From Phoronis australis (lineage: Eukaryota; Animalia; Phoronida), in NCBI GenBank assembly GCA_002633005.1, contig NMRA01000207.1, positions 55,408 through 119,407 on the forward strand: DNA of 64,000 bases, in the 5' to 3' direction. A program made the position numbers and the translations under genes. Every line of letters starts with the position of its first letter. The stretch's first letter is position 1. Shown here piece after piece: positions 25,500-37,800 of the stretch. A model generated the notes under the pieces. It was given only the letters and a program-made list of their open reading frames with translations. It did no database searches and was not told the DNA's origin.

Positions 25500-28400
25500 C
25501 TGAAATGAACCCGAGTTTGAGCCAAATGCAGAAAGCATTGGGAGCCCGTTTTATAAAAGGTTGGTTGTGCAGGGTATTCGAGGTACGGGCTGCGAACGCT
25601 GTCTATTTTATGTTAATAAAACGTAAATTCGAAGGTAGCCCATTTTCATATATCCATTTTGACAAACCATGCAATAAACTACATGAAATAAATGTAAGCA
25701 AAAACCAACCAGGAAAGGAAGGTTTGAGATTCATGTTAAGTCTAAGACAAATAAGTGTAAGGCAGTTGGCTGAACAGGCCCGCGCACGCACACTCGCTCA
25801 TAAAACGGCCAAGTACAACAGTTGGCTATCTGAATGAAATATGATTCGACAGTTAAAAGTTTGGACAAAAGTAAAGTTTCCATGCTAACACACTGGCACA
25901 TGAATATCAGTTTAAGTTGTACTTTTTAAATTTCCTGTGAAATCAAGACATTTGCTCTTAAAAACAAGTTTTCAAAAAATCCTTGCCTTGAAAGCATCGG
26001 TTTCAACGCATCAGTTCAAATTTCGAGATAATCAGCGATTGTATACTGGCCAACTGTGCATTTTTAAGCGTTTTTACACATAAGTCTCACAACGATAAGT
26101 GTATTCAAGTCTGAATGTTTTTCGAAACAAAAATATAGAAATGTCGTTTATTTATTCAAGAGTGTATAATAGACTCCCAATAAACAACTGTGTTTGTATC
26201 AACGTCGGCCGGGAAACTAAAACTCTTTTCCACACTAACCAATATGGCGCAACCGGAAGCTCAGTCAGCAAGTATTGATGACCCGACATAACAAACGCTC
26301 TGCGCCAGTGTCGTGTCTTGTGGCACCGTCACGTGTTGCACATTAGGTAAATAGATCATTTACACCAAACAACTATTAGGCGAAGTTTCAACACTATGTT
26401 ATATCAAGACCAATTCTAACCAATTGCACATCAACAGAATGGGGCATAAACGGCCCTTTTCTAACGTGATCTAACTTAGGCTAATAGGTCCCTGTAGCCA
26501 CATTCATAAATAAATGCGCTGTCCAAACCTTTATCAAAGCTATTACTAAGAGAGCGATTCAATAAACTATAATTTTAGTAAATCATTCCATGACATTAGA
26601 ACAATGTTATCATTGGAGGACTCTGGCTGTTCTGCTCACCAGCCGATTTATGGAGTATCTCACAGTAAACGTTCCCAGTTAGGCTGGAGTTCCTTGGTGA
26701 TATTTGGTAGACGCCGCTGGTGCTGTGTCCGTTCAAAACGTGGTCGTGACAATCTGAAATGAGACAGCGCGTTTTGTTCCTGAAACACTACAGCAAAAGG
26801 TAACCCCACCCAAGATTATCGACATTTCGAGAGGCGTACAAAGCCCAGCTTCTAGCTGGACTATATTTCCACTTCTCGTAGTAATATCCCCTAAAATTGC
26901 CCAGTTTTTTCTCACGTCCTCGGAATGTTAAGAAAATTCAGATAGCCAAAGCTGTGGCCCGGTTACAGGGGAGGTAATGTAAGGCCTCGATCACCATGGT
27001 CACAGAAGGCTTTCCATGGAGACGGAACTTAATACCATGGGAGCGCAACCCTTACAAAATACCAATACCAAGCATCGTGCGATCGTAACAACACACACAA
27101 AACTCGCAGGCCTGATCACCGTAGCCTTAAATAAACCATTTGCAGGCACACTTACCAAACACCATGTACTGGGTTTTCACTGTACCGTAGTAAAAGTTGT
27201 GCGCGGTAAAACCCTTTCACATCCAACGGTAGTTCTCAGTGTAATTTTGAAAATCTAAGTCCGAGAGAGAACCGGCTATGTAAAACAAAGTAAATAATCC
27301 TGTGAATGGTATCAAATTTGAGACATGTCACAGTTTTTACCGCACTCATCCCGTTTCATCAAAATGTGACTGAAGACGCCGGAAATTTTGAGAATGAGTT
27401 CGGTGTCACGGGTAGGGTCTACGGATTCTTACAGTCCAGGTTAAGAATTAGAGTGTTAAAAGTTCGATTTCTGTGGTGCATTACGGCCAGTATTATGGGT
27501 TCGATTACTTCCCCGACTGTTAACCTATAAAATCGGCTATAAAAACAAATGTTGGTTGGACCAGTTACAAATTGATATAAAATTGTACCTAGGTTAACTT
27601 TTTGGTGATGTCACTGCTTGAAAAGGACGGGCAGTTCGTTCTTGATAGAGATAGTACCCTACAAGTTGAGTTGTTGCGGAGTATTTACTCATTCATCAAG
27701 CGTGCAGGTAGACTTCTAGCAATAATGAATTGCCAGTTCTCGCACAAGACCAAAAGTAGGAATATCAGGAGCAGGTGGAGACCAATTTCAACGCTGCAAG
27801 TGGTCTAAATCATAAAATCCACAGTTTCTTGAATGGGACGCGGGTTTGTTACTCCCGTCAAAGGGGTGATCACTCTAGACGTTGCGTTGCCCGTGGGCAG
27901 CAGGATAACAATCATGAAACATTCTTTTTAAAGTATGACGTACGTATGAACCATTTCGAAATGTATTGGGAATTTGAGCAGGGCTGCACCGATACAGATA
28001 AGAGGTAATTATCTGTTGCCATGGCATCTGGCTATACGCAACATTAATGGAGGCCTGAAGTTTCATTCGTCGCGCGATCAGAGTTGAAAAAATGTCCAAT
28101 TTTATGTGAAGGTTAGTAATCCCATTCGTGTCACCATATCTAAAGGCAGGTAGAAGATAACACAAGGAAATTAAGAAGAGTATTAATTGTTTACCAGTTG
28201 GCATCGTCAAAGAAAATTTCAAGTAAAATGATTCACGACCCATAGTTTAATAAAAATTGAGTCCTGCTGACGTCAAGTGTTGAAATTCTAAGTTTCTCAA
28301 GATCTCTGTCATGAGCTTAAGTTTATGAAACGCCGAATTTTTATCCCTGTCTGTCGTCAATGAATATACATGTACAATTTACAAGCGGATTAACGACTTC

Positions 28401-29388
28401 CTTAAGCCCTGGCAAATTATCCGACGGGTGATAGGTCTGGAAATATTGCGAACGACTGTCCTCGGTGAGGGCCCAGCCCCAAGGTCACGACCGTAGCTCC
28501 GGTGGTGATGTTGATTGCAATTTTTTTACATCTTCACAATTTGATCGTACAATAACACGGCTTTGAATATCTGGTTTCATTGATCTTACCTCTAGGTTTC
28601 CGTACAGCGGGCCTCGTCATTATCTCCCCTTTTCCTCTGTGCGAAAACTTGCTATCAAACATTGACTTGAGAGTGGTGACTTCCTCTACGAGCTTTCTAC
28701 TGCTTTCCTTCAATAATAGAATCTCTTTCTCGTGAGAATCCACTTGTTTCAAGTCAGGACAAAACATTTTTTCAAGTTTTCCAATGCTGTCCTTCAGACT
28801 GTTTTGGCCAAATTTCATGCTTATAGTTTCGACCTTCAAGGCATCAACATCGCGTTTGACCAAAACCCACTCGCCTTTGAGGTTGCCGAGGGCGTTCTGA
28901 TGTTTCGCAAGTGTCACATCCACCAACGACATTTTATTTTGCAGGCCTTTATTTTCCAACTTCTTGTCCGCCTCGCACCTTTTTATGGCGTCGACACGCG
29001 TTACCAGTGCTTGCGCTTCGCGCTGCAGATTCGTCCATGCTGTCTGAAACTTCAGAATATCCAACGCCATGTTTTTCTGGTCATTTCTTATAAGAGCATC
29101 TTCCAACTTCAAATTGGCAACATGTTGCATTATTTCCGCTGTGGCGTTCTGCGAAGCCAGCAATCCGTTTTGATATGCGAGTAATTGTTCATGTAGCTTT
29201 AGAATGATGGCTTGATTGGTAACAGCTTCCTTTTTGGATTCTAAAGCTTGTAGCCTTCGTAATACATCCTTACCCGGCTGCCACACCTGAAAGTTGTATT
29301 CACAAGAGTCTCCGCCAACATTTTCCATTCTGATGTAGATTACACAATACACTACAAACAGCACCCAATGAAATCGGTATAGGTCCAT
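24940..29388 (-). CDS. Secreted fibrinogen-related (FReD) protein of angiopoietin/ANGPTL-like architecture, ~490 aa
   Basis: Exons 29388-28590, 26753-26640, 25499-24940 (phase 1/1, GT-AG). Hydrophobic N-terminal signal, CEYNFQV motif, long coiled coil, then FReD: PRDC...SGVYQI...VYCE...GWTLLQRRIDGLINFNRGWSDYKYGFGNPYGEFWIGNE...FSTSDSDND...NCA...GWWFKSC..SNLNG...SLKKVEMKIKP. Confidence 0.92.
26640..26753 (-). CDS. FReD gene exon 2 (DCHDHVLNGHSTSGVYQISPRNSSLTGNVYCEILHKSA)
   Basis: atttcag acceptor, G|gtgagc donor; start of the fibrinogen domain. Confidence 0.88.
28590..29388 (-). CDS. FReD gene exon 1 (signal peptide plus coiled coil)
   Basis: ORF 28534-29388; donor AGA G|gtaaga. Confidence 0.85.
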
Positions 29389-30780
29389 TTTAACTAAAAT
29401 TTGCGTCCTTTAGACAAGAATAAATATCAATAAAACCATTTCAAAAATCGGTAACAAATTGATGGAATCTGTCAGCAGGCTGCAAACGAGAGAAAGGATC
29501 ACTTGCCAGCTGTCAAATGCGTGACGTATTGAGTGTTGACGGGCCAATTTGTTTCAGCGCCTGCGATCTGATACCAGCGCATGCGTCGCGTGACACAATT
29601 AAATGTCCCCGTGCAATTAACACAAGAACGAGCTGAAAAAAGTACTTAGTACCCGGTAGCACCGACTTTATAGACAAAGAGGCAATAAAAGTTGAGGCAT
29701 AATGCACGTTTTAAGTGGTTGCACAACCATCCAGCATAATGAAAGATCGATTTTATATTGTTAGATTCCCCCTTCAATTGACACACATTGAGGCAAGATT
29801 ATCCACCCGTGATTTTACATAGAAATTGAAACCAAATGTAATGCTCAATCGATCCGTGAATAAATGATAGCGCTGGTGTCAAGTTTAAATGTCAATAACG
29901 GCCTCATTGTTAAAAATAACTAAATTAATCTTATGAACGACCACCACGGGGTAGAATTGGAATTGATGAAAAGGTTGGAGAATATAGGAAAATGTGCGTT
30001 GAAGAAGTGATTGTGCACAAATATTCCCCTTTTCGACATCCCGCTTGCACTCGATTTACGTGAATGAGTCCCAGAATTTCTTCAAAATTCAAGACAATAA
30101 CGAATACCCATGCAGACCACGATACAACTATTCAGCATGTATGTAATTAAGAGACTGGATAATTCACCTCAAAACCACGGTACTGGCAAACTAACTTAAA
30201 ATTAAAAATGCACTGCCAACGGCAAAAATACCGTACTAACTTGTGTCAGGATTTCATGTCCAAAATACGAAGCAATTTCGTCATGATATCACTAAAAGGG
30301 ATATCAAGTACGCAATCCCTTCAACTGCGGCCCACGCAAACACTGTTGAATACCAAATCTGAACATACATTTCTCGGCCAAAAATGCTGATGAATCAAAA
30401 GAACTTACAAAATGCAATGTCTCATGAAAAGTCTTAAAATTAAAAAAATTGACATCAATTCTAGTTGCACAAAACAATCTAGTTTTCCAGCTACACCCTT
30501 TTAAGAGTTAATTTACATTGCACAGAATGTCAGAACTTGAAAGCGTTGGATTCAAATGCGTACATTACACCTCAAGACAACACAAATGAACGTTCACATA
30601 AGTTTTCACCTCTGTAGGACCTACTTCCGGTCTGGTAACTGTAGCTCTGCGCTTGTCTTTTGCTGCGTAGCGAACACGTTTCGAGAGATTTTCCTTAACG
30701 CAGAAAACGGACTTTCCAGCGTTTTAAGGTTATGTAGTGGAATATTATATTTCACAAATGACGTATCGGGCTAGCTAGTA

Positions 30781-31776
30781 CAGTGGCGGATCTAGGATTT
30801 CACAAGGGGGCCCAACATTTTGTCTGTAAACATTTGCTCAAAGTACGATTGTAGATGCGCATAGCACCGAATGGGGAGGTCGAATGGGGGGGGGTTGCCC
30901 CCTCCCGCCCAGGAAGTTTTTCTGTTTTTTCCTCTAAAAATCAAGCATTTTCCTTGATTCACGAAGTATTGTCCAAGACAAAAAAAAAAAAACAACGAAG
31001 AAAATCTCAACCAGGAAAACCTGCAGCAAGTACCGCAGACTCGAACTCACAACTTAACGCATAGAACGCGTCTGCTTTACCACCGAACCACCACGATTTA
31101 ACTCCCAGTTTGATTCTAAGAGACCTACTTGCTTATGGTCCACAGCATTTGCGCGAAATTTCCATATTTTTGTAATGCTTATTGCATATTTTGTGCAATC
31201 AGTTCGTAACAAATTTGTTGTATTAAAAATAGTCTTCAATTGACCAAAAGACCAAATCCGTTTTTTGCTTTGGCAATAATAACGCGATTGCTTTGGAAAT
31301 CGTCTTAAGTTAAGGTTTGACAAAGAGAGAATTATGAGTTTCTGAGTGATTCACTTAGGCTTCGATTAAAATTCACATCTTACCAGCAGCTCCTGTTTTT
31401 TCATCGTCACTCAGATTCCATTTTCTTTAAAAAATGAAGTAATTTTTTCATTGCACGTAGAGCAGACGACGGAAACGGAGTCGTGGTGCCCAGTGCCACT
31501 GCCAGTCGCCTGAGATATCGCGGGAGAGCCTATACTTAGCCATAGTTCCGTTACTATTGCGCGGTGTTCCGAATTTGTTACTTGAAATTGGATCTGAGCC
31601 CCCCCCCCCCTTCCAACATTAAAATTACACTCATCTAAATCTTGTTTCAACCGTATAATTTTAATTACCGTGGTTAATTAATAAAATCAACATTTCCCTA
31701 CGCTCTTGCTGCTTTATTTTTTTGCGGCAGCCAAGGGGGGGGGGGCGTGCCCCCTGCCCCCTTAAATCCGCCTATG
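30781..31776. mobile_element. Non-autonomous hAT-like/MITE element (possibly composite) with G/C-run subterminal motifs
   Basis: Begins CAGTGGCGGATCTAG and ends TTAAATCCGCCTATG (imperfect TIR); flanks TAGTA/TACTA; internal poly-G/C tracts. Confidence 0.5.
31035..31092 (-). repeat. tRNA-derived SINE-like head (degenerate)
   Basis: Minus strand GTGGTTCGGTGGTAAAGCAGAC...GTGAGTTCGAGTCTGC: A-box and B-box-like motifs at tRNA spacing, no proper cloverleaf. Confidence 0.45.
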
Positions 31777-33227
31777 TACTAAGAGACTCCAGTTTCCGAT
31801 TCTTGACGCTTTATGCTACACCGCAATGTTGTTAGAAACTCTTTTTGAAATATTTCAGTTTTGCATAAGGGGCCTAGGGAAGTAGGGCTCTCGACAGCTT
31901 TTATAAAATGAAAAATCAAGTTGCATATCACAAAAACGAAATAAGTAAAAAAATGGAACAGCGTTTTTGAAATTTGATTTTAATATTTATATACAAACGA
32001 GATTTGGTCACCTAATTAAGGTTAGATTGGTATAAAGTCAAAATTCAAATTCTACTTTCTCCAGTCAGAAATTGTCGAGTTATTAAAACCAGGGCATCTG
32101 TAGATTTGGATAAATGTTCAGATTAATGGACAACATTCTACACAACCTTAATGACAAAACAGTTGAACAAAAAAGAAGAACAGCTGACATTTCATGTTTT
32201 ATTTTCGATTTAACAATGAACTAAGTTTCGTTTATTTTTTACCCAAGGACAGACTGATTCTACACAGCACAGGAAGACTTCAACTGCTGGTTTTCGCGAG
32301 GGAAAGTTAATTAATATTAGCAACGCAAAAATAATTAGGAGTCCTTTTCCTTAGAGATATCTTAGGCTCAAATTAATCTCACTTGTGGGGTTTGTTATTA
32401 CTACGATATCACCATTCAAGCAAAGAAATTCTAGGAAAGCTTAATAGGTATACTAGGATGTCAGAACCACAGCTGCAGCAATCTAGACTTAGGGGTGACT
32501 CGCACCTAATTAATAACAAAATGTGTGAATCATGAGCATACCATATTTCAATTAAAATGCAAATTCTTCGAACAGCGTCTCACAACTTCTCAATGCGTTC
32601 ATTATGTGCTGCAAAAATCATTGGAGTAATATATAAACTGATTACGGTAATTCTCCACTTACTTCGGCTAAAAAATGGCCACTCTCCGTTTTCAGTGGCC
32701 TATTAACTTTTTACCGAACAATGGGAACTTCAGCAAATGCTGTTTTATGACAACTACACACCGCAAATCATGCTTGTAATGAACTAAAATGTTATTAAAT
32801 TAAATCTTCATTTCTGTGGAGAAATTTAACTAACAAAACAGCATTTTACTTACCAGTCAAATTGTTTGCTAAATAAGCAAAGAATTACCCCGCTATTTAG
32901 TATTTTAAAAACAATTTAAAGCTAATGTTTACCATTTCATTCACATACATGCACTGGACCAAAATATGCTGGAAACTGCAATCATTGAGATAATATTTAA
33001 TGGAGACATTTAGGATGCACTCTGGTGGCTCTGGTACAAACCAATTTGCACAACTGTGAGCTGTAGTAGGATACGGCACAGTCACACATGTACACTCACA
33101 CAGAGTTCTATCTTTGGGATTGCCACCTCAGGCTGGCAGTATTGTGGTCATTTCTAGAAGGATATGCAACAAAAATGCTCTTCTCTTAAACTAGTTTGTT
33201 TGTGGTACACTGTAATATAAACTTTTA

Positions 33228-33307
33228 AGATTGTTTAATTTGGAACAAAAAAGTTCATTCAAAACAGATTGTTTAAGTTGGAACAAAAAAGTTCATTCAA
33301 AACAGAT
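33228..33307. repeat. Short tandem duplication (38 bp x2)
   Basis: AGATTGTTTAA(T/G)TTGGAACAAAAAAGTTCATTCAAAAC occurs twice. Confidence 0.8.
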
Positions 33308-34339
33308 ACTAAATTAAAGAATTCTGAAGGCCTGTGAAAAAATTGGGTAAACCAGGAAGTTTACAACAGCATTTCCCTCCGATTATAACAAGAGAAGAGA
33401 TTCAAACTTAATGTTTATTCACCAGTCATTTTATGGTGGCTGTTCATTTTTTGATACATCACACTAAACACTATTGGTGATTGAACACAATTGAATACCC
33501 TAACCGAGAAAGACTGGCAACTTTGTATATTTCACTTGCTAAAAATTCACAATAACACTAGAGATATCTGCATAGACATCTTTTGGGTCTTATATTCATT
33601 AAGTCACGTGGTGTGGCCAACAGGTGGCATGCAGACGAGACTTAAAAAATGTTTGTGAACTGCATTGATGTCAATCAAATTGAAGCTATAACATTTCTCT
33701 TTTCCAATCTGCAAGTCCGATTCTGACTAACAAACAATCAACTCTTTTTAAACCTAAACTCAAAGCAGTGAAATAGGGTAAAATCTCACCAGATTAGGAT
33801 AAAATATGGTGGACAGTTGAAATATTATTTTCCCATTTTTTGATAAATAATTCATGGTATCAAAATGGTGCTTTGCCACGTTCAAGTTCTGTACCATAGC
33901 TAACAACAGAAAATATCTTAAAAATTGTGACTATTCACAACAATGTTACAAGCCATTGAAAAACTAAAAGTGCTTTTTTTGCAATTATTTTGTCCAAAAT
34001 TGAAGATTTTGCTGTACTCAAATGTCTTAGGTGTTCAACTGAGGCAGCCTAAAATTCAGACAAAGCGTTTGACTGCAAAATGCAAGAGAACTGAATAATG
34101 TCAATTAATAAAACCCTCATTAATATTTCATACTACAGCCCCAAAAGTGACCCAAGGGAGATAACCTTCCCTTGCTACCTTTGTCAGAGGGAGATAACGC
34201 TCTCTTATTTCAGCTGTTCAAGGGAGATAATGCACCTCTGTTTCAGTTGATAAATTGAAGCAATGTTAACCTAGTACAACTATCTAACGGAGATACAGTT
34301 CCTTGGTTAAAACTTTCCAAAGAAGACGCCTCTCCTCTG

Positions 34340-34885
34340 TTACTGTTGTCCTAGAGAGATAATGCTTTCGGCTGCAGTCTTCACTTTGCCTTGACAATTC
34401 TTCAAATGCATATTGAACGCTTCAATGGATGGGAACAGGAGCTCACACGAAGAACACTTATACATCAACGTTATCTCATGACTTTCTTCCTGAATCACAT
34501 TTTCATCAACACTCGCCACGGTGTCTGCCCCAGTCTTTGTACCACCTCCCTTGGCCTTAAACTGCGACATCTTAACATCACCTAGATTCGCCGCCAAGTC
34601 CTTGTATACCACCCCCTCCCCTTTGTGCTGCTTATCAATGTGTCGTTGAACTTTGGCCTTCCCTGTGCTGGCGTATTCACACACAGAGCAGACGAAAGGC
34701 TTGAGGTTTTGATGAACCATGAGGTGTGATCGTAGCGACCCCGCGTGGGCTGTACTGTAACTACACTTGTTGCAGAAGTAGACCTTCTCCTGGGTGTGTG
34801 TGCGCACATGCTTGGTGACTTCGTACTTGGTCATGGCGGAATATTTACACTCAGGGCACCTGTGGGGCTTGACTTTGTTGTGCAT
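34340..34885 (-). CDS. Zinc-finger gene last coding exon (3 C2H2 plus C-terminal C2HC)
   Basis: ORF 34340-34939; cttcag acceptor before MHNKVKPHRC. Confidence 0.9.
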   Translation of the reverse strand: MHNKVKPHRCPECKYSAMTKYEVTKHVRTHTQEKVYFCNKCSYSTAHAGSLRSHLMVHQNLKPFVCSVCEYASTGKAKVQRHIDKQHKGEGVVYKDLAANLGDVKMSQFKAKGGGTKTGADTVASVDENVIQEESHEITLMYKCSSCELLFPSIEAFNMHLKNCQGKVKTAAESIISLGQQ

Positions 34886-37800
34886 CTGAAGAGGAAGACA
34901 TGTTGGACTGAGTGTTAACAAGGCCAACAGATGTCGCACTAAACAAAAATGCCTATGACTACACTTGACTTTGCCGGTTCTGCTGGGTCATCTTACGGCG
35001 CAATCAGATGTCTTAGCTAGCAGATCCAATGGAACTAGCAAAGTCAATCAAGCGCAGCCAATGAAAGACTTGAATTGTAGCAGTTGCGTGAAACAGAGCA
35101 ACATCTCAGAGAAATATTTTTCTATTTTCACTTCAATTAAAAACAACCAACATGTTAAATACGACGAGATAGTAAAACCAATCACGTGACTAACAGAAAA
35201 CCAATTTCTTGTTTTTTATCCTAATTTTCTCAAATCCAGCCTCTACTACATGAGAATCTGGTGTACAACTCTAACATCTGGTTCTTTATTGGTCAATCAA
35301 CCACGAGGTCAACCAGTCCATTTAAATCAGCTGATTAAACCTTTTACAACCTCAGTAAGGGTAACTTGAGTAATAATCCAGACGATAAATAGGGGTTGTA
35401 TCACCATGCCAACTGCTCACAATATCACTCTAGTAAAACACTTTACTTTAGTTTACACCAGAACTGTGCTTGTGTTTTCGCATCTCAGAAAGGTTATACA
35501 AAAATGACCAGCATGCAATTGAAAGTGTTGAGCAGCAACTGAATAAATATTTGGAGACAATTTCAAAAGTAGAAATATGTATCAGGCATAGCTTAGTATG
35601 GTAAAATTCTGATTACACGACCTCATTTGAAGATGCTCAATAGACAGTAACGTTATAGAGACTGGATGTAAGACTATCATAGGAATGGTTCCAAACATCT
35701 TTGAGAACAACATCAAAATTCCTGAGGATAGATTGGAAGTAATTAATTAACTTAATCAAAATTATTTAAAGTATTAAGAGTCACCAAATGAGAAAGTCAA
35801 AATATTCTGGGAACACAAAAGTAGATTTTTCTACATTTCAGGTTCCTTTGCCATGTAATCCATCATGAAAAATGACATGATTCACCATTTTACTCATTGT
35901 TTTTAAACAATTATATCCACCTGTTTTCCATCGCAATCATCTGAGACCGGTTCCACGTATTTGGTAGTATTGGGACATTTCCATAGGACAGTGAAACATT
36001 TTAATAACTTTTCAACTTAAAGCATCCAATTTTCTTTCAGCATTTTTTTTTTCTTCTTGAGGACTTCAGGGTCATTTCAGCTTGCGCCATCTATTGCATT
36101 TGGTTGGCACCGACTGTCTACCATTCAGTTGGCGGCACACCTCACTGCTTAGTAGACAGTATACAACTGCGATCATGGAGACTATTCTTTTCTCATCCCA
36201 CACAGCCTACAGTAGCTTTCAGACAACTGGTTAACATCGAAAGTCAACAAAGTTTTGAAACACAAAATTTAATGTAACTATTCCATTTCTTATCATATAA
36301 GCACCATTTCAATTCTGGCGGAATTTTGACAAAACCTTCGCTGGTTTTACTCCTCGGCCCTTGCAGTTTGTACAAATTATAACAACTTGCCTCGCAAGTC
36401 TTCATTAATAGACAACTGTCACATAGGTGCAATAACCTCACGTTAAACTGACTAAATTTCAACAATTTTGCTGCGTAAAAGCAACAAAATTTTGGCTGAA
36501 CTGTCAAATTAATAGCAAGAAGTTAGTCTTAATTTAATGGAATCTGACATCAAAGTCTGTCCAGTTTATTTTGAGAACAACAGTAGCCTATAAATATGCA
36601 AAACATTTCGAAGACCAGGACAATCAAATGTTTTTTTACCTCCTTAAAAGACAAGAGATGAATTCAGGGCGAGACTTTTCACATACTCTATTGTGCACAC
36701 GCCTACCTTTTGATGTCGCAGATGAGCACTCCTGTCATTGGTGCGATAGGCACACTGTTTGCAGCAGTACCTTTTGACAGGGTTGTGGTTTGCCTGGTGG
36801 TTCCTCAAGGCCCAGTCATAAACGGTAGTGAACGTACAACCCTCCACGGGGCAGTGCAACATGTCACCTGAAACAGAGGAGCAGTTCTACTGTATGCACC
36901 ATTAAAATAATCTAATCTGACATCAGCTCCCTTGCAGAATTGAACCTAGAACCTCCACAGTTGCTGCAAAACACAGTGCTGGTGGAGCTAAATCTCACTC
37001 GATAAATGGCAGAATATTTTAAGTGTATTTTACTGACAAAGCGACAAGCCTCGATTTGAGCGACTGACTGGCAGAAGAATAAGACTAGTGAGAATTGGCC
37101 ATTTGCAATGAAATCACAAAACACAATGAATTTTGTTGTTTTTTAGTTCCAGTCAAAGCTAATAACTTCAAAATGTCATCTAACAATAATCACAAGATGT
37201 TTTTACTAACGTAAATATTCCCTCGGCTTTTTGTTTTTCAAATGCTGGCAGATCAGAAGACAAATCCACCATCTTGTCAGCTGTCTGAAACAATTTCGAA
37301 CTACGAACACTCATTCAATGACAGACGAAAATTAATGACCAGTACCCAAAAACGCACGTCAGTTCTTTCTCTCAGCAGAAGGCTATATACTGATGACAGT
37401 TTATAAGTTCAATCACTACAGTAACTCCTCTTCTGTTGCACACAAAATACATAAATTCATCACTTAAAAGTCAGGAAGAGCGAAATTTTATGAATTAATA
37501 CCCAATCACTATTTGGAATCTGAACCTTACCTGAGTGACATCAACAGTTGTCTGTGAGCGAATGAAATGAAATACGGTGTGAGGTTGGGGATTCTTGACG
37601 ATTGAGACGCCAGTCAAGTTGTAACACCTGAGTCTTCACTTCTTTAGCCCACAATATGGCAGACATGTGAAATTCTATTTTGATTCTTAAATTTGTCCAT
37701 AAAAAACAAGATCTAAGAAAATTCAGTCAATTATTGCCATGGTTTGTACTGCACACATGGTAAATTTCCATAACTTGCAGCCTTTGAAAATTGAAAAAAT

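Noticed and set aside
28732-29184. 150-aa plus-strand ORF (likewise 25198-25434 and 39602-39853)
   Set aside because: Antisense shadows of real coding exons.
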